DNA from: Rhizodiscina lignyota
Taxonomy: Eukaryota
Assembly (NCBI GenBank): GCA_010015805.1
Contig: ML978141.1
Span: forward strand, 62,001 to 126,000
DNA length: 64,000 bases
Direction: 5' to 3'
Under the pieces are notes generated by a model. The model worked only from the letters and a program-made list of their open reading frames with translations, was not told where the DNA came from and ran no database searches. Shown here piece after piece: positions 13,710 through 27,282 of the stretch (positions are counted from its first letter, which is position 1; each line of letters opens with the position of its first letter). Made by a program: the position numbers and the translations under genes.

Positions 13710-15201
13710 GGTTGCTAACAATATTTCGAACAACTTCAGAGATGTGCAACGAGCGCCAATTGCATGCCGTGAAGAGGTTGAAGTCTTAAATGACGGATTG
13801 GAATATATAGTTTGCTTCTCCATCTCCCCGCGACTCGGCGACGGCTGTCAACACTCGAAATACGAAGGTCAGGTACGGGATTGATAGGGTAAAGCCACGA
13901 AAGCGCGACGCTATATGCGCTAAAGGAATCGACTTACGGGACTGAGCATCGTCATAGAAGAGGGGCATGGTTCCCACAGGCTGTATATATCGTTCCTGGA
14001 CGTTGAAGGAAGGTGGTTAAGATATCTGCATCGTCTAGGATGGGAAATGGCCGATAGGGATAAGGATGGATGCCGATCCCGGTGATATGTGACAATGAGA
14101 CCCGAATATTCCATCTTGAGCAGGCGGAGACTCGCACTTGGCATACAAGATCACCGTTCACCTATCTATTAGCTGCAGGACCTGACTATCGCACTATCAA
14201 GCCCTGCAAATCGACAGACTATCTCCCCACGTCGGGCGGAAAGTTGCCGGGAAGGCTCATCGAAGCGACAGCAGCAAGTGTTGGAGCACACAGCGAGCAC
14301 GAAGTGGCGAATATCATGGACTGATTAAGAGAGAAAACTCTGAAGGAGAGGAAAGCTATATGGAATCACGCGCTAGTGACGCTATGAGCACCTCCTGGCC
14401 GCAGGGGAACGGAAGCATAATTTATAAAGCGGAGGTCAAGAAAACAGCTTCGAAGCGCAGTATCAGCATGAGAGCTGCCTCTGATCCGATCTCATTTCGA
14501 TGCTTGACGAAATGTGAAGAGATTGTTACCTCTCACCTCTGTTCATTTGATTCTTGTTTCCTTTCGGAGGTAAGATCCCTTGGTTTTGCGGAAGACTATT
14601 GATAGAACTGGAAGATTTGATTTGAGCTGGGGCCGTCGAGGCTATGAAGCTATGAAAGAGAAGCAATTAAAGTTTCATTAGTACCACTTGAAGGTGAATT
14701 ACGGCCGGCAGGCCGACCACTTACTGAACGGCGTTTGGGCCATTGTCTTTTTCTAGCACTAAAGTGACAGTTCGTCTGGCATATGTGATCTCACGCTAAT
14801 TCTTCTTTTCGGTTCTTATTAGATGATTAGCATTGCCTTTGCTCGTTAACCATTTTAAACCTTCTGGCGATATACATGGCACAGCAGAAGTATTATGTGA
14901 CGAATGGTCCATGATGCGCCTACCGCGCTTTATATTATTTAATGCCTTATGTAAGTACGAATGATCTTTCGCGTTGCTATTTCGGCACAAGTCAAGAACT
15001 GAAGTCGATCTGTCACATCTACTGTGTTTTCATTTGCGATCGTAATTGTTCGTGTGCAAACTGTCACTATTTACAACGCCGTCAAGTAGTAGAGTCCAAA
15101 TACATATGCAGATCTTATTCAAAGCCCTGCATTAATAAAGAAATGAGCATTCAGCTCGAGAACCCCTTACTTTCCGAGACTGAGAGTTTAAACGGGACTG
15201 G

Positions 15202-17601
15202 CTAAATTGAGCTGATCGGACATACAAGTTGATAACAAGCCGTAATCGGGTTCACCCTCTGGTTAAGTAATGTCGAGTCGCAAGAGCAGGTTGAACTCAC
15301 TGAAGGTTCTCCTCTGGGATAGTTGACGCTGAAAGCACTGCTGGGTCCGTTAGCAATAATCACTAAATCCAATTGAATCGTTGAGAGGGAAGGTCTAAAC
15401 TTACGTCAAAACACAACCACCAAGTCCTGCGCTCGTTGGAATGCAGGATGATGGAAGCTGCGAGAGTTATGATCCGTCTGGGCCATTATCAACACTGGTT
15501 ATAGAGACTTGGTTCGGGCAGACTGGGATTGACGTAGCAGGTCCGCACGCAGAGCCCGGCTCGATGGTAGTGGTCGCAGACTCGCAGTTACAAGCTGACA
15601 GAAGCCACGTATGGCCATTATCGGTAGTCCACGACAAGCTAAACGGTTATCAGTCCTTATCCCATGGTAAAAAAGCTGAGTGTCTGAAGTATTAAGCTTA
15701 CCTCATGACACATTCTCCAATGTTAGTATCCGTCGGTGGTGTGAATGTGCAACCATCTGACGTGAATGTGCTTGGTGCAGAAGTTGTGAAATATGACACC
15801 TGGGACGTCGTTGTTGGAGGTGCTGTTTCACGTCAATACAGAGCCTCAGCGACGAATTGGTACCGCTTACGTGTAGAACTTGGTGGAGTAGGATAGCCCG
15901 CTGCAAGATTAGACAGTACCGCGCTCGCGGCAGAGGCGGCAGAGGCGGCGCCAGGATTCGGCGTGCTTGATGCAGGCTTTGATGTCGTCGTGGAGGCAGG
16001 CACCGAGCTAGGCATAGGCCATTCATTGTTGCCTTGGTAGTCATTTGGAGATATATCAAGTCGACGGGGACAAGCCGGTGCCTCACTGGTAGTACTGGAG
16101 TTCGTAGAGCTGGAAGAAGTTGACAGTGGTGCTCTTGTCGAGTTTGAAGGAACTGAAGACGGAAATGGCGCACTCGTTTGCGGTGGATTGTTCTTTGGAG
16201 GAGTTTTGGGCGGATTTGGACCGTTCGGTGGATTTGGGGTGAGCAGGGGAGGGAAGCCGCCGCCGCCGCCTCCGTGATTTTGTATCCGGCAATGATTATT
16301 GAAGACAAAGAAGGCGGGGAACAGTTTACAGAGGTTGATCTTAGGTATCGGAGGAAATGGCGGAGGCTTTGGATTTCCGGCTCCAGCGGCTCCAGCAGCT
16401 CCAGCAACCGCGCCTCCGGCAGCAAAGTATGCAAAAAGCAAGCCAGATAAATCCGTAGAAGAAGTAGATGCTACAATAGTAGAAGTACTTGTGGTAGTTG
16501 AAGTACTTGGAGTAGTTGAAATAGTTGCAGGGAGAATGTCTTCCAACTGCTGTGCGAAGTCTGACGCAAGCGATGTTGTCACTGCCATTGTCTGCACGCT
16601 ACTCCAGAACGCATCCCCCAATGCGTAGTAGGACGAATACAGCGACGAGGGTGGGTTGATAGTTCTGATTGCGGCTGCAATGATATCACTATTACTCGAA
16701 GGGGAAGCAGTGGATTGCATGTCAGAACTGGCAGTAATTGAGCCTGTCTCGGCTGGATTCGTTGCCCCTGGAATGGGAGGAATGCTCAAAGCAGGGGCAC
16801 CATTTATAGATGATGCTCCAGAACTGCTTGTAGTCACACCAGACTGAGATTCAGGCGCGACCATACTCGCGCCAGATTGAGGACTAGATGCACCGTTCGA
16901 AGCTCCAGAGGGCGCGGATATGCTGTCTCCTCCTACAGCAGAGCCAGCAGCAGAGCCACTTTGGATGCCAGAGGGCCCAGCGTTAGGCATGCCGCCATGA
17001 ATTGTGCCACTCTCGGACGAAGTCGGAGATGGAGTGGAGTAGATAATAGAAGTCCCTTCTGTAGAGACAGGGCCACTTGGTGATACATTCGATACCTGTG
17101 CAGACGGAGTCGAATAGATGATGAAAGTTCCATCTGTAGAAATTGGTATTGGAATGCCTGGTGCTCCATTCGACACCTGTGCAGACGGAGTCGAATAGAT
17201 GATGGAGGTCCCTTCTGTAGAGATTGGTATTAGAATGCCTAGCGCTCCATTTGGCGATGCTGTAGATGGCGTCGAATAGATGACGGATGTGCCTTCTGAG
17301 AGATTGGTACCAGGTTACCAAATGATGCTGCAGGTGGAATGGAATAGGTGATCGACATTCCTTCCGTGGAGATTGCTCCCGGACTACCTGCTGGTCCATT
17401 TGACGTCATTTCAGATGGCGTAGAGTAGATTACAGAGGTGCCTTCCGTGGAGACCGGTACGTTTGACGAACCTCCCAGACCTACAGCCGCGGGTTGTTCG
17501 CTCGATGTCGCAGTAGGTTCACCACCTTGCACCAACGATCCCGAGCCGACTGAGTTAAGAGCCGCGGAGGATGATTCACTATACCATACATTAGAGACCA
17601 T
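15202..17601 (-). pseudogene. Mucin-like Ser/Thr/Pro-rich surface protein with tandem repeats and two C-terminal Cys-rich modules, apparently disrupted
   Basis: Six repeats of about 24-27 aa (xSTEGTSIIYSTPS). 1-nt deletion at about 17298 and in-frame TAA at 15467-15469. Three GT-AG introns downstream keep the frame to TAG 15202-15204. 5' end uncertain. Confidence 0.6.
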
Positions 17602-17838
17602 CTTTATTTTTGAAAGAAGCAGAGAATTACGCAGAAAATTAGACAAATCGAAATTTAGTGTTATCAGAGGCCATCTTAATTATTGAGCTCATTAAGAAAA
17701 GCAGAGTATTGTGCGCAGATTAGACAAAGTAAAGTGTATTATGCAACAGACTAGTGTTGATCCATTCGAGTGTCATGAAGTATTACCCAAGTTCCAATGC
17801 CTGTGCAAGCCATAAATTACTAGTCCGAACCATTCCAT

Positions 17839-19093
17839 CTATGCCATACCAGCGAAATCATGAGAAACAGTGCAGCTACAAAAATCAAAGCAACGCAGAG
17901 CAACAACATGTTTGTGTGAAAGTCATGAGATCTCGAGAGGATACTCACGTTGAAGTCTCGGAAGCACAAGCTGTCGGAATCTGAAACTGCCCATCGCTGA
18001 TTTCAGTCGCACCCTTGAGGCAGGATGACAGAGATCCACCCATAGTAGCAGTGCTGTTGGCGGTACCAGACTCGTTGAAGCCGCGCTTGATGAAACTGGT
18101 TGTGAACGACGGAGTGGGCTTGGTCAACTCGTAGCCAATTGGAGCCAAGCGACGATCGTGAGAGCCTTTGGTAGCAGACTCAGAGGCGCTATGGTGAGCA
18201 GAAGCACTGCCAGTTTTGGCAGCAGAACCCGAAATAGAGGCAGAGCCAGAGAGTATCAATGAAGACAAGGCGGACGAGTTCATTGGGTTGTAGCCATTCG
18301 AGCCTTGGTCATCTTCTGGGGAGATATTGATGTTCCTTGGGCAAGAAGCGCCGCTGCTGGTCGTGTTTCCTGAGCCTCCAGTGGAAGTAGCCAATGCGGC
18401 TGAGCCGGTTCCAGTCGCAGAACCTGCAGGTTTAGAGCCGCCAACGGCACCAGCCGAGTGAGAGTCCGCAGCACCAGTAGCTTTTGATCCACCAGTTGAG
18501 TGAGAATGCGCAGCACCAGTGGTCTTGGATCCACCGGCCGAGCTGGATATGGCCTTGTTGCCACCGCCGAACCCTTTTGCGTGCTGTTCGACCCCGAAAT
18601 TTCCTTCAGAGTTCTCGCCAGGGTTCTCAGAAGACTCGTCAGAGGTCTTGCTGGAATCGTTGCTAACGTCCTTCTCCGATCCGTAGCTGGAGGCTTGACT
18701 GGAATGAGTGCCAGCAGCTTCTGGAAAAGGAGGTCAGCACAGTGTCAAGAAAGTAGCTGAGAGTTGTTACGAACCAGGGATAGCAGGGACGGCGGCAGTT
18801 GGAGTAGCATCAGGGAGAATAGTTGGCGGTAATGGCGAGCCATCGTCGGCAAGGGTCGTAGTAGCCGTAATGACAGTTGCCAGGCTCTCGATCTCAACGA
18901 AGCCACCTTCAACTACGCCAGAAACTTCCTGCAAGAGGTAAGACATGGTTCAAACAAGCGAGTCAAAGCAGGGTTGTCGATGATGCAAACATACAACAAG
19001 GTCAGGTTTAGCCTTGCCAAGCGCCATCGGTGCCAGTGCCACATTGCAAAGCAACGCCATCGACAGAATCGCGGAAGGGTTTGGAGTCCTCAT
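17839..19093 (-). CDS. Secreted Ser/Gly/Thr-rich protein (possibly the 5' half of the adjacent mucin-like gene)
   Basis: ATG 19093 MRTPNPSAILSMALLCNVALA (signal-like). Introns near 18930-18990, 18721-18768 and about 17876-17948. Low-complexity exons with a CPRNINISPEDDQG motif. Confidence 0.6.
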
Positions 19094-19800
19094 AGTGTAG
19101 ACGGTTGACAGTTGAGGAACGTTTGTTTTGCTGAATGAAAATGTTCAAACAGGAGGAAGTGCAGATTGATTAAGAGTCAAAGGAATTGAGACTGTTCGGA
19201 TTTTGAAGGTTGTGGAAAGCAAGAGAAGAGAGTTTGGAAGATTTGGTTGCTAATATACCCCGACGTGTGGGTTATGACGTCCTTCGATGATGCTGGTAAT
19301 ACTATAGACACGTTTTGTAAATGCTGTACTATGATGTTATGTGGCGATGCTTGTCCGATAAATGAGACTCCGTGGAAGGTTGTAACGGACGATGAGGTCA
19401 GAAGTACTGCAGCGCTGTGGATTTAAGGCGGCGGATGCTCCCTCGTAGAGCGCGACTTGTGCATAGCCACATTTGCTTCGTCTGGAGATAACACAAGATG
19501 ACGTTGTACCTAAAGAGCCGCCAGTGCTCCGGCCACAATGGCGGAGATATACACTGAGAATGACCTCCGCGGTGTAGGTGAATATTCAAAACCCAACGAA
19601 GATGGTCCAGGAAACACGAGGCTGTGCCGCCGATGATGATGAAATTGCATGACGTCCACAATGAACCGTGGAAAAAGTTTACGTAGACTGTCCACAGATT
19701 CCAGGGATAAATTTGGCTCTTATTGAGATAATATCTACTTGTCTGTTAGCAATGTCGAAAGCACCATAACTACATCACAAAGGGGAGAGCAATTTACGTG

Positions 19801-21718
19801 ATGAAGATTCAAAGGACAGTCAAAAGCTTTACGCTGTTCAGCTTCGCGGTCATCTTCGTACTCTTGGTGAATTTTCCGACGGCGTCAGGCAAATCTACCA
19901 TCGTTCCTCTCTTCCCAAATACCACACGCCATAGCATTCAGAACTCCTTTGCAAACAGCAACGATCGTCGTAGTGTTCAGGATTCCTTCGCCAACAGTAC
20001 ATTCGCGAATAGTACTGATCGCTATGATGTTGAGAGGACCTCGTTCAATGCCACTGGCTCGTCCTGGAATGACACACAGGTTACCTTCTCGAACAGCACT
20101 CAGGGCTCTTTCTCAAACAGCACCGATCGCCACAGTGCCCAGAAGTCGTCCTGGAACAGCAGTCAGACCTCTTTCTCGAACAGCGCTCAGACCTCTTTCT
20201 GGAATGACACACGGCACTCAGTTTCGAAAAGCAGCCAGCCCCCTTTCAAGAACACTACCGCACCCTTCTCGAACAGCACCCAGAGCTCTTTCTCGAACAG
20301 TACTCAGACCTCATACGGGAATAGTACTCACGACTCGGTCTCGAAAACTATTCAAAGCTTCAGGAACAGCACTGAGAGTACCGTCAAGGAGAAAATTCAG
20401 AACTCCACCAACAACAGCATACAAAGCTCTTTCTCGAACAGTACTCCAAGCTCCTTCGTGAATGGCACTCGGCATTCGGTGTTTAAAATCGCAGAAGCCT
20501 ATTTCAAGAATAGTAGTCAGAGCTCTTCCCCGAAGAGCACTCAGAGCTTCAAGAACACCTCTTCTGGGAGCCCCTTCCGCATCAATAGCACTCAGAGTTC
20601 CTTCAACGGCACCCAAACCGCCTTCAACGACACTGGAAACGACTTCTCCTTGAACAGCACCAACCGCCACAGCGTCCAAAACTCGCTCTTGGACAGCATC
20701 GTCCGCCACTCGGTCCAGGGCTCATCCAATCCCAAACCGCACAACCAGTACATCGAGCGCGGCCAGAGATTCATGTGTCTCATCGCTGCCACCGAAGAGG
20801 AAGCGGATGAGAATCTCGGCTATAAGTCGCAAAGCTCGATCACGGAGCTTGACCAAATTGACATGTACGGCTGGACCATGCACGAAGATGATGGAGCCAA
20901 GCCGAGCAAAGCCAATGACCAAGACGAGTTCGACTTTAAAACGAATCCGGCGATTAAGTCGGCCTTAGAGGAGATGAGTCTGAATATTGAGCCTTCATGG
21001 GAAGGTGGTGATAATTTTGTGATGACCGCCGTTCAGGATCAGGAATTTGATAAAGACGGTACAAAGCATAAGGTAAGCTGACGAAACGAGACTTCCTCAG
21101 CAGTTACACTAATGCCCAATACAGGCTACCGAAGGATCCTACACTTTCATCATGAACCCTGTGCAAGGCATGCTCATAGCCTGGAACGCAATCAGCCCGC
21201 AAGCGAAAGTCAAAGAAGCCGAAGACACGCACCAAGAAAATGGTCCGACGACCGTGCCGGAAGTGTCTCAGTTCAGCGACATCGCATATGTGAACTGGGA
21301 CGACGTGACGCAAGATAAGGCAGGCGGCATTCGAGGCATCATCCACCCGCACATCTGGAACATCGACACCATGACCGTGCTGTATCGCATCTTCACTAAC
21401 AATCCTGACGCCGAGGCTCCAAAAGAGCTTTTGAGTATTCCGGGTAGTAAAGCGTGGCCTGGGACGACGTACAAGCCAGATACAGACGAATTCAATGCGC
21501 TGCTCGGCACGCCGTTGGGGTCGGGTGTGGCGTGGTTTTTGATTCAGCATAAAGAGGCGCTGAACACGAAGACTATTCAACGTAAGTACTAAATCGATGA
21601 ACTTTCGTACTCATGTTAAGTCTTAGTAGATATTATCGTCTTCCACGATGACACGGACGAGAAGCAGCCTTGTATCCTCTGGGCTTTCAACGACAAGGGT
21701 GGAACGCCTGGTGGGTAG
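19801..21718 (+). CDS. Secreted glycoprotein: N-terminal SF(S)NST repeat region plus C-terminal globular domain of unknown function, 3 exons
   Basis: Hydrophobic N-terminus, more than 20 N-x-S/T sequons, introns at about 21072-21124 and 21582-21628, C-terminal 'FNALLGTPLGSGVAWFLIQHK'. Confidence 0.8.
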
Positions 21719-22392
21719 AAGAATCCGATTGGATTCAAGTACCTTTAATTGTAGGCATCTCTTATGCCTTTATGTAGCCCGGCCTTCGACCTTTTTCATT
21801 GAAGAGGTACCTAGTACGTGTTTGACTGGCTTGGTACATTGTCGAGTTTTTCGGGAATCAAAAGGGGTGACTGGAGAACTCTCGGCTGTGAATCCCAGGT
21901 TGCAGAGGCGATTTTCTTTCGTTTTGGGAGTGTTTCACGACATTCTAAATATTGTATTAGCGACAGCATAATGTTGATGTCCAATCGGTCATGCATCGGA
22001 TGATAGACAGCTCCCAACGGAAGCTCTTGGACTGTCGAAGTGAGTGCCTCGAGAGCCGGGTCTTCAGGAACCAGCAGCCCTTTTCTCCGCTTTCTGGTGC
22101 GCTTCACGACATTTTGTCCAAAGCGCAAGTGATAGCGTAAATGCCAGTATGACAATTGATGATATCTCTTCCGATGGAAGAATCTCGGGCGCAAGCTTTT
22201 CGAGTTGCTGAAGTTCAAGCTTGGTGATCAAGGCATGCGGATATTTCCGAGTCGTTGTCGGCCCGACTTCTAACCTATGATATTACTATTGCATAGACTT
22301 TGTCAACAACTCCACGCTGGCGATTACATACGAGCCTACATTTCCCTACATATATAGTGTGGCATACATCTACATTACCCATACCCCAGGGT

Positions 22393-24322
22393 CTACACCA
22401 CCCCAGCAACTCTCGCCTTCTCCCTATACTCCTCAAAACTCCCGACCTCACTATCTCCGTGCCCGTCACTCCCATCTGGGGGATGTTCCGCTGTCCATGC
22501 CCTTTCCTCTTGTTCCACCACATCGTAAAACTGCGCCTGGCTTCCCCTCGGAAAGTACATCGGCGGCGCCTTCTTCTTCGCGACATCGCCAGTGATAAGA
22601 ATATGCTTGATATTAGTCCCTGGCGTCTCAAACATTGCGTCTCCGAGGATCCTCTCGCATACTGTCCGGAGACCTCGTGCGCCTGTACCCATACCGACGG
22701 CTGTTTTCGCAACTTCCCACAGCGCGGCGGTGGTGAAACGCAGCTCGATCCCGGAAAGGCCGAATTGCTGCTCGTACTGCTTCAGCAGGGCGTTGCGAGG
22801 CTCGGTGAGGACGCGGACGAGCGCAGCTTCATCTAGGGATGAGAGAGCGCAGGAGATGGGGATGCGGCCGATGAGTTCAGGGATGAGGCCATATTTTTGG
22901 AGGTCCGGGGGTTCGAGTAAATCCAACGAGTTATATGCTAGTTGTTCGGGTTTTGTACCCGCTGGTGTAGACTCAGACTCCGGTGTGTAAAAGGGTAAAT
23001 GCTTCTTGAACATCTCGTCTTCGCCGCGAATCATGGTGTCGTTGACGCCGCCGGTTTCGGGATTTGCGCTGCGTATCGAGGCGCCGAAGCCGATGCTTCC
23101 TCGCGATATGCGGTCCATGATCATCTTGTGCAGGCCGATGAAGGCACCGGTGAACACGAAGAGGATGTTGTCTGTTCGGACGTTGTAGACTTCTCCTTTC
23201 CCGCCTGGTTGGCCGGGTCCAGGGCCTCCTCCGCCGACGGGATTTTGTGATGGGAACCCGCCGCTGACGTTTGGAGAACCTTTACCTCCGCTGCCGCCGG
23301 GACCTGGCCCAGACCCTCGCTCATTCTTTGCGATAACTTGGACTGTTGTACCTTCTACTATCTTTAAGAGAGCCTGCTGCACGCCTTCGCCGCTCACATC
23401 TTTTCCGTGACTGACTTTGGCTGTTGCTATCTTGTCTATCTCGTCTAAACATATGATGCCACTCTCTGCTTTTGCGACATCGTAGTTCGCTGCAGCGAGT
23501 AATCGTGCTACACAGACATCGGCGTCTTCTCCAATGTATCCGGCTTGTGTAAGCGGAGTGCAATCGGACATGCTGAATGGTACAGACAAGACTCTAGCCA
23601 GTGTCTTCGCCATCAATGTCTTTCCACTTCCTGAAGGGCCTAGTAGGAGAACGTTCGACTTCTCCAATGTGAGCGGCGAATCGTCTTGGAGAGATGCGGG
23701 GTCTTGAAGCGGTGAATGCTGCGAGAAAGGCGGCGGCTGGTAGTAGGACTGTGGTTGCCGATCGTTCTGGTTTTGCGGAGGCTGTTGCGGGTAAAGGTGT
23801 ACTGTCTGTTGCTGTCCCGGAAATTCATCTACTTGATTGACGGTCAATACCTGGCATCGTTCGTATGCATGAATGTCTCATACCTTCGACAGGATGTCTA
23901 TTCCGCATTTGTTGCCGCTCCTGCTGCGCCTGCAACGCAGCATGCTCATCATCTTGCCTCTGTATCTCCTGTATCCGCTGGTAATGATTATAAACCGCCG
24001 TGCTGAGGACTTTCTTCGCTCTTTCCTGGCCCACTACGAACTGATCCAAATGCTGCTTCAGCAACTTCGGAGTTATTCGAGGCGCACCGACAATGCTAGC
24101 TCCACCAAGTGGTCCTCCAGTCGGCTGGTCTGGCTCATATATGCCCGTGAATGGTTGACTACCAAAGTCTGATCGTTTGAATTGTCCTTTGTCCGACGAG
24201 GCTCGTAATCTCGTCGAGGAAAGCTTTCGGCGGCATATGGAGGCGAGCGCGAGGTAGGACAGGCGTGCTTGAGGGCTCACTCGGACTTGAAGAGCGCTCA
24301 GCTGTAGCGTGAGGCCTTCCAT
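22393..24322 (-). CDS. MCX1: Mitochondrial ClpX AAA+ unfoldase, 2 exons
   Basis: [76 protein letters not shown]. Confidence 0.96.
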
Positions 24323-24610
24323 TGCTGTCTCTATTCGGCTATAGCTCGTCTACTTCGAAAGGCCCTTTGATGGTGACTCCGATAAGAGTCGGTGGGAAGG
24401 AGGCCGAACGGGTTCGGACGTTTACATCGGTGTGGTGAATCCGGCATGAGAGACACCTCTGGCTACAAAGAAGCACACGTCGGACTGTAGAGAATTGAGG
24501 GTCAGAGCAGGCTGAATGAATCCTTTGCCATCGTGACACCAGACGGTGAGCCGTTACTCATGGCGTGCTGGGTAGCTTTGCCCCCCACCCCCGCTTGCAG
24601 GCGGCGAGTC

Positions 24611-24644
24611 GGGTTGGCAGGGGTGTAGGGGTGCAGGGCAGGGG
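24611..24644 (+). promoter_or_regulatory. Cluster of three AGGGG (STRE-like) motifs, also a G-quadruplex pattern, in the ClpX/GBE divergent promoter
   Basis: gggttggcaggggtgtaggggtgcagggcagggg, about 240 nt upstream of the branching-enzyme ATG. Confidence 0.5.
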
Positions 24645-24881
24645 TGCGAGCGCCATGACGCAGAATGTTGAGAGTGAGCTTCTGTTGATCCACCACCAAT
24701 CTCCATATCCACCCCAATCTGCAATCTCTGCAAGCATTGAGCGCAGAGGTTCGAGGGGCGATTATCCTCAATACTTATACCCATTTTCACACGCTCAATA
24801 CCCAGGACAACCTCAAATTCCATTTAGTCGAAGCTATTCAGAGCTATTGAACACAGGCCAAAGCGCCCAAGCAAAAGCAAG

Positions 24882-27282
24882 ATGGAAGTCACAAATGCTT
24901 CTGCAAACTCAGTGCAGCACGATGCACCCGGCCAGATACCAAATGACGGCACTGGTGTGTTCCTCGGCTCGCAATATCTGGCTAAATAACTAACACCTCG
25001 TAGGAGTGGTCCAATTGGATCCCTGGCTTGGCCCCTTCAAAGACGCCCTGCGAAGTCGATACACAAAGGCACACAATTGGATCAAGACGATCAACGACAC
25101 CGAGGGAGGACTGGATAAGTTCAGCAGAGGATTCGAGAAATTTGGCTTCAATGTTCAGGATAATGGAGACATTGTATACCGAGAGTGGGCGCCAAGTGCG
25201 CTTCGAGCGTATCTGGTTGGAGACTTCAGTAAAGCTGTCCCTTCTCTTGGTCTGAATACCTACTGACACATTCAAGACGGCTGGAACCGAGATTCTCATC
25301 AGATGAACAAGAATGAGTATGGTGTTTTCGAAATCACACTGCCTGCCGTGAATGGACAGCCTGCCATTCCTCACGACTCGAAAATCAAGGTAGGCTTAAA
25401 AAAAATTCTTTTTAACGAGGATTTATGCTGACTGGATAAAGATTTCTTTCGTTGTACCAAACGATCATGCCCGGCAAGAGCGCCTCCCCGCGTGGATTAC
25501 ACGTGTCACGCAAGACCTCTCAGTCTCTCCAGTCTACGATGCTCGATTCTGGAACCCGCCGAACGACGAAAAATACGTCTTCAAGAACCCTCGTCCTCCC
25601 AAGCCACTCAGCGCGCGCGTCTACGAAGCACATGTTGGTATCTCCTCACCAGAGGGTAAAGTGGCGACGTACAAAGAGTTCACACAGAATATGCTGCCGA
25701 GAATCAAGAACTTGGGGTACAACGTCATACAGCTGATGGCAATCATGGAGCATGCATACTATGCAAGCTTCGGATATCAGATCAACAGCTTCTTCGCTGC
25801 CAGCAGTCGATACGGCTTTCCGGATGAGCTGAAGGAGCTCATCGACACCGCTCACGGCTTGGGCATCACTGTGCTGCTGGATGTTGTACACAGTCATGCT
25901 TCGAAGAATGTTCTGGATGGTCTGAACATGTTTGATGGCTCGGATCATCAATACTTCCACGGCGGTGTAAAGGGCACCCATGAACTCTGGGACAGCAGAC
26001 TCTTCAACTATGGAAGTCACGAGGTCCTTCGATTCCTAATGAGCAATTTGCGTTTCTGGATTGATGAGTACCAATTCGATGGATTCCGGTTTGATGGCGT
26101 TACGAGCATGCTGTATCAGCATCATGGCATTGGAACGTAAGTTTGCCCTTGTGGATACCTGATCCTATTCGCTAACAATTAATAGTGGCTTCTCAGGTGG
26201 CTATCATGAATATTTTGGTCCCAATGTTGATGAAGATGGTGTCGTCTATCTCATGCTGGCTAATGAGATGCTGCATAACGTCCTTCCTGACATAATCACC
26301 ATTGCTGAGGATGTATCTGGAATGCCAGCACTCTGCCTACCATTGTCGCTTGGCGGTATTGGCTTTGACTACCGACTAGCAATGGCCGTTCCTGACCTCT
26401 ATATCAAGTGGCTCAAGGAGAAATCAGATGACCAGTGGGACATGGGCACGCTGGTGTTCACGCTCACAAACCGAAGACACGGCGAGAAGACAATTGCGTA
26501 TGCGGAGAGCCACGATCAGGCGTATGTGTACCAGATTCAAAGCTTGGTAGTACTATTGGCTAACATGCAACAGTTTGGTCGGCGACAAGACCCTCATCTT
26601 CTGGCTTTGCGATGCCCAAATGTATACAAACATGTCCACGCTCTCGGAGCTCACCCCGGTCATCGACCGCGGCATGAAGCTGCACAAGATGATCCGTCTC
26701 ATCACCCACGGCCTGGGTGGCGAGGGCTACCTCAACTTCGAAGGCAACGAGTTTGGTCATCCAGAGTGGCTCGACTTCCCTCGCGCTGGCAACAACAACA
26801 GCTACCACTACGCCCGCCGGCAGTTCAACCTCGTAGACGACCCTATCCTGCGCTACCACTTCCTGAACGACTTCGACAGCAAGATGCAGCACATGGAAGA
26901 GAAGTATGGATGGCTGCACTCTCCTCAAGCGTACGTGTCTCTGAAGCACGAAGGCGACAAGGTGATTGTGTTTGAGCGCGCGGGCCTGCTGTGGATCTTC
27001 AACTTCCATCCGTCGAACAGCTTCACGGACTATAGGGTTGGCGTTGAGGAAGCGGGCACGTACCGCATTATCATCAACACTGATTCTACCGCTTTTGGAG
27101 GGCATGGCAGTGTTCAGGAGGATACAAAGTTCTTCACTACGCCGTTTGCGTGGAATAACCGGAAGAACTTCTTACAAGTATATATCCCGACACGGACGGC
27201 GCTTGTAAGTTCCCCCTACAGGTATCATCACGAGAGCTTTGCTAACGATTCGCAGGTGCTCGCTCTTGAACACACTTTGTAA
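24882..27282 (+). CDS. GLC3: 1,4-alpha-glucan branching enzyme (GH13), multi-exon
   Basis: [79 protein letters not shown]. Confidence 0.97.
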
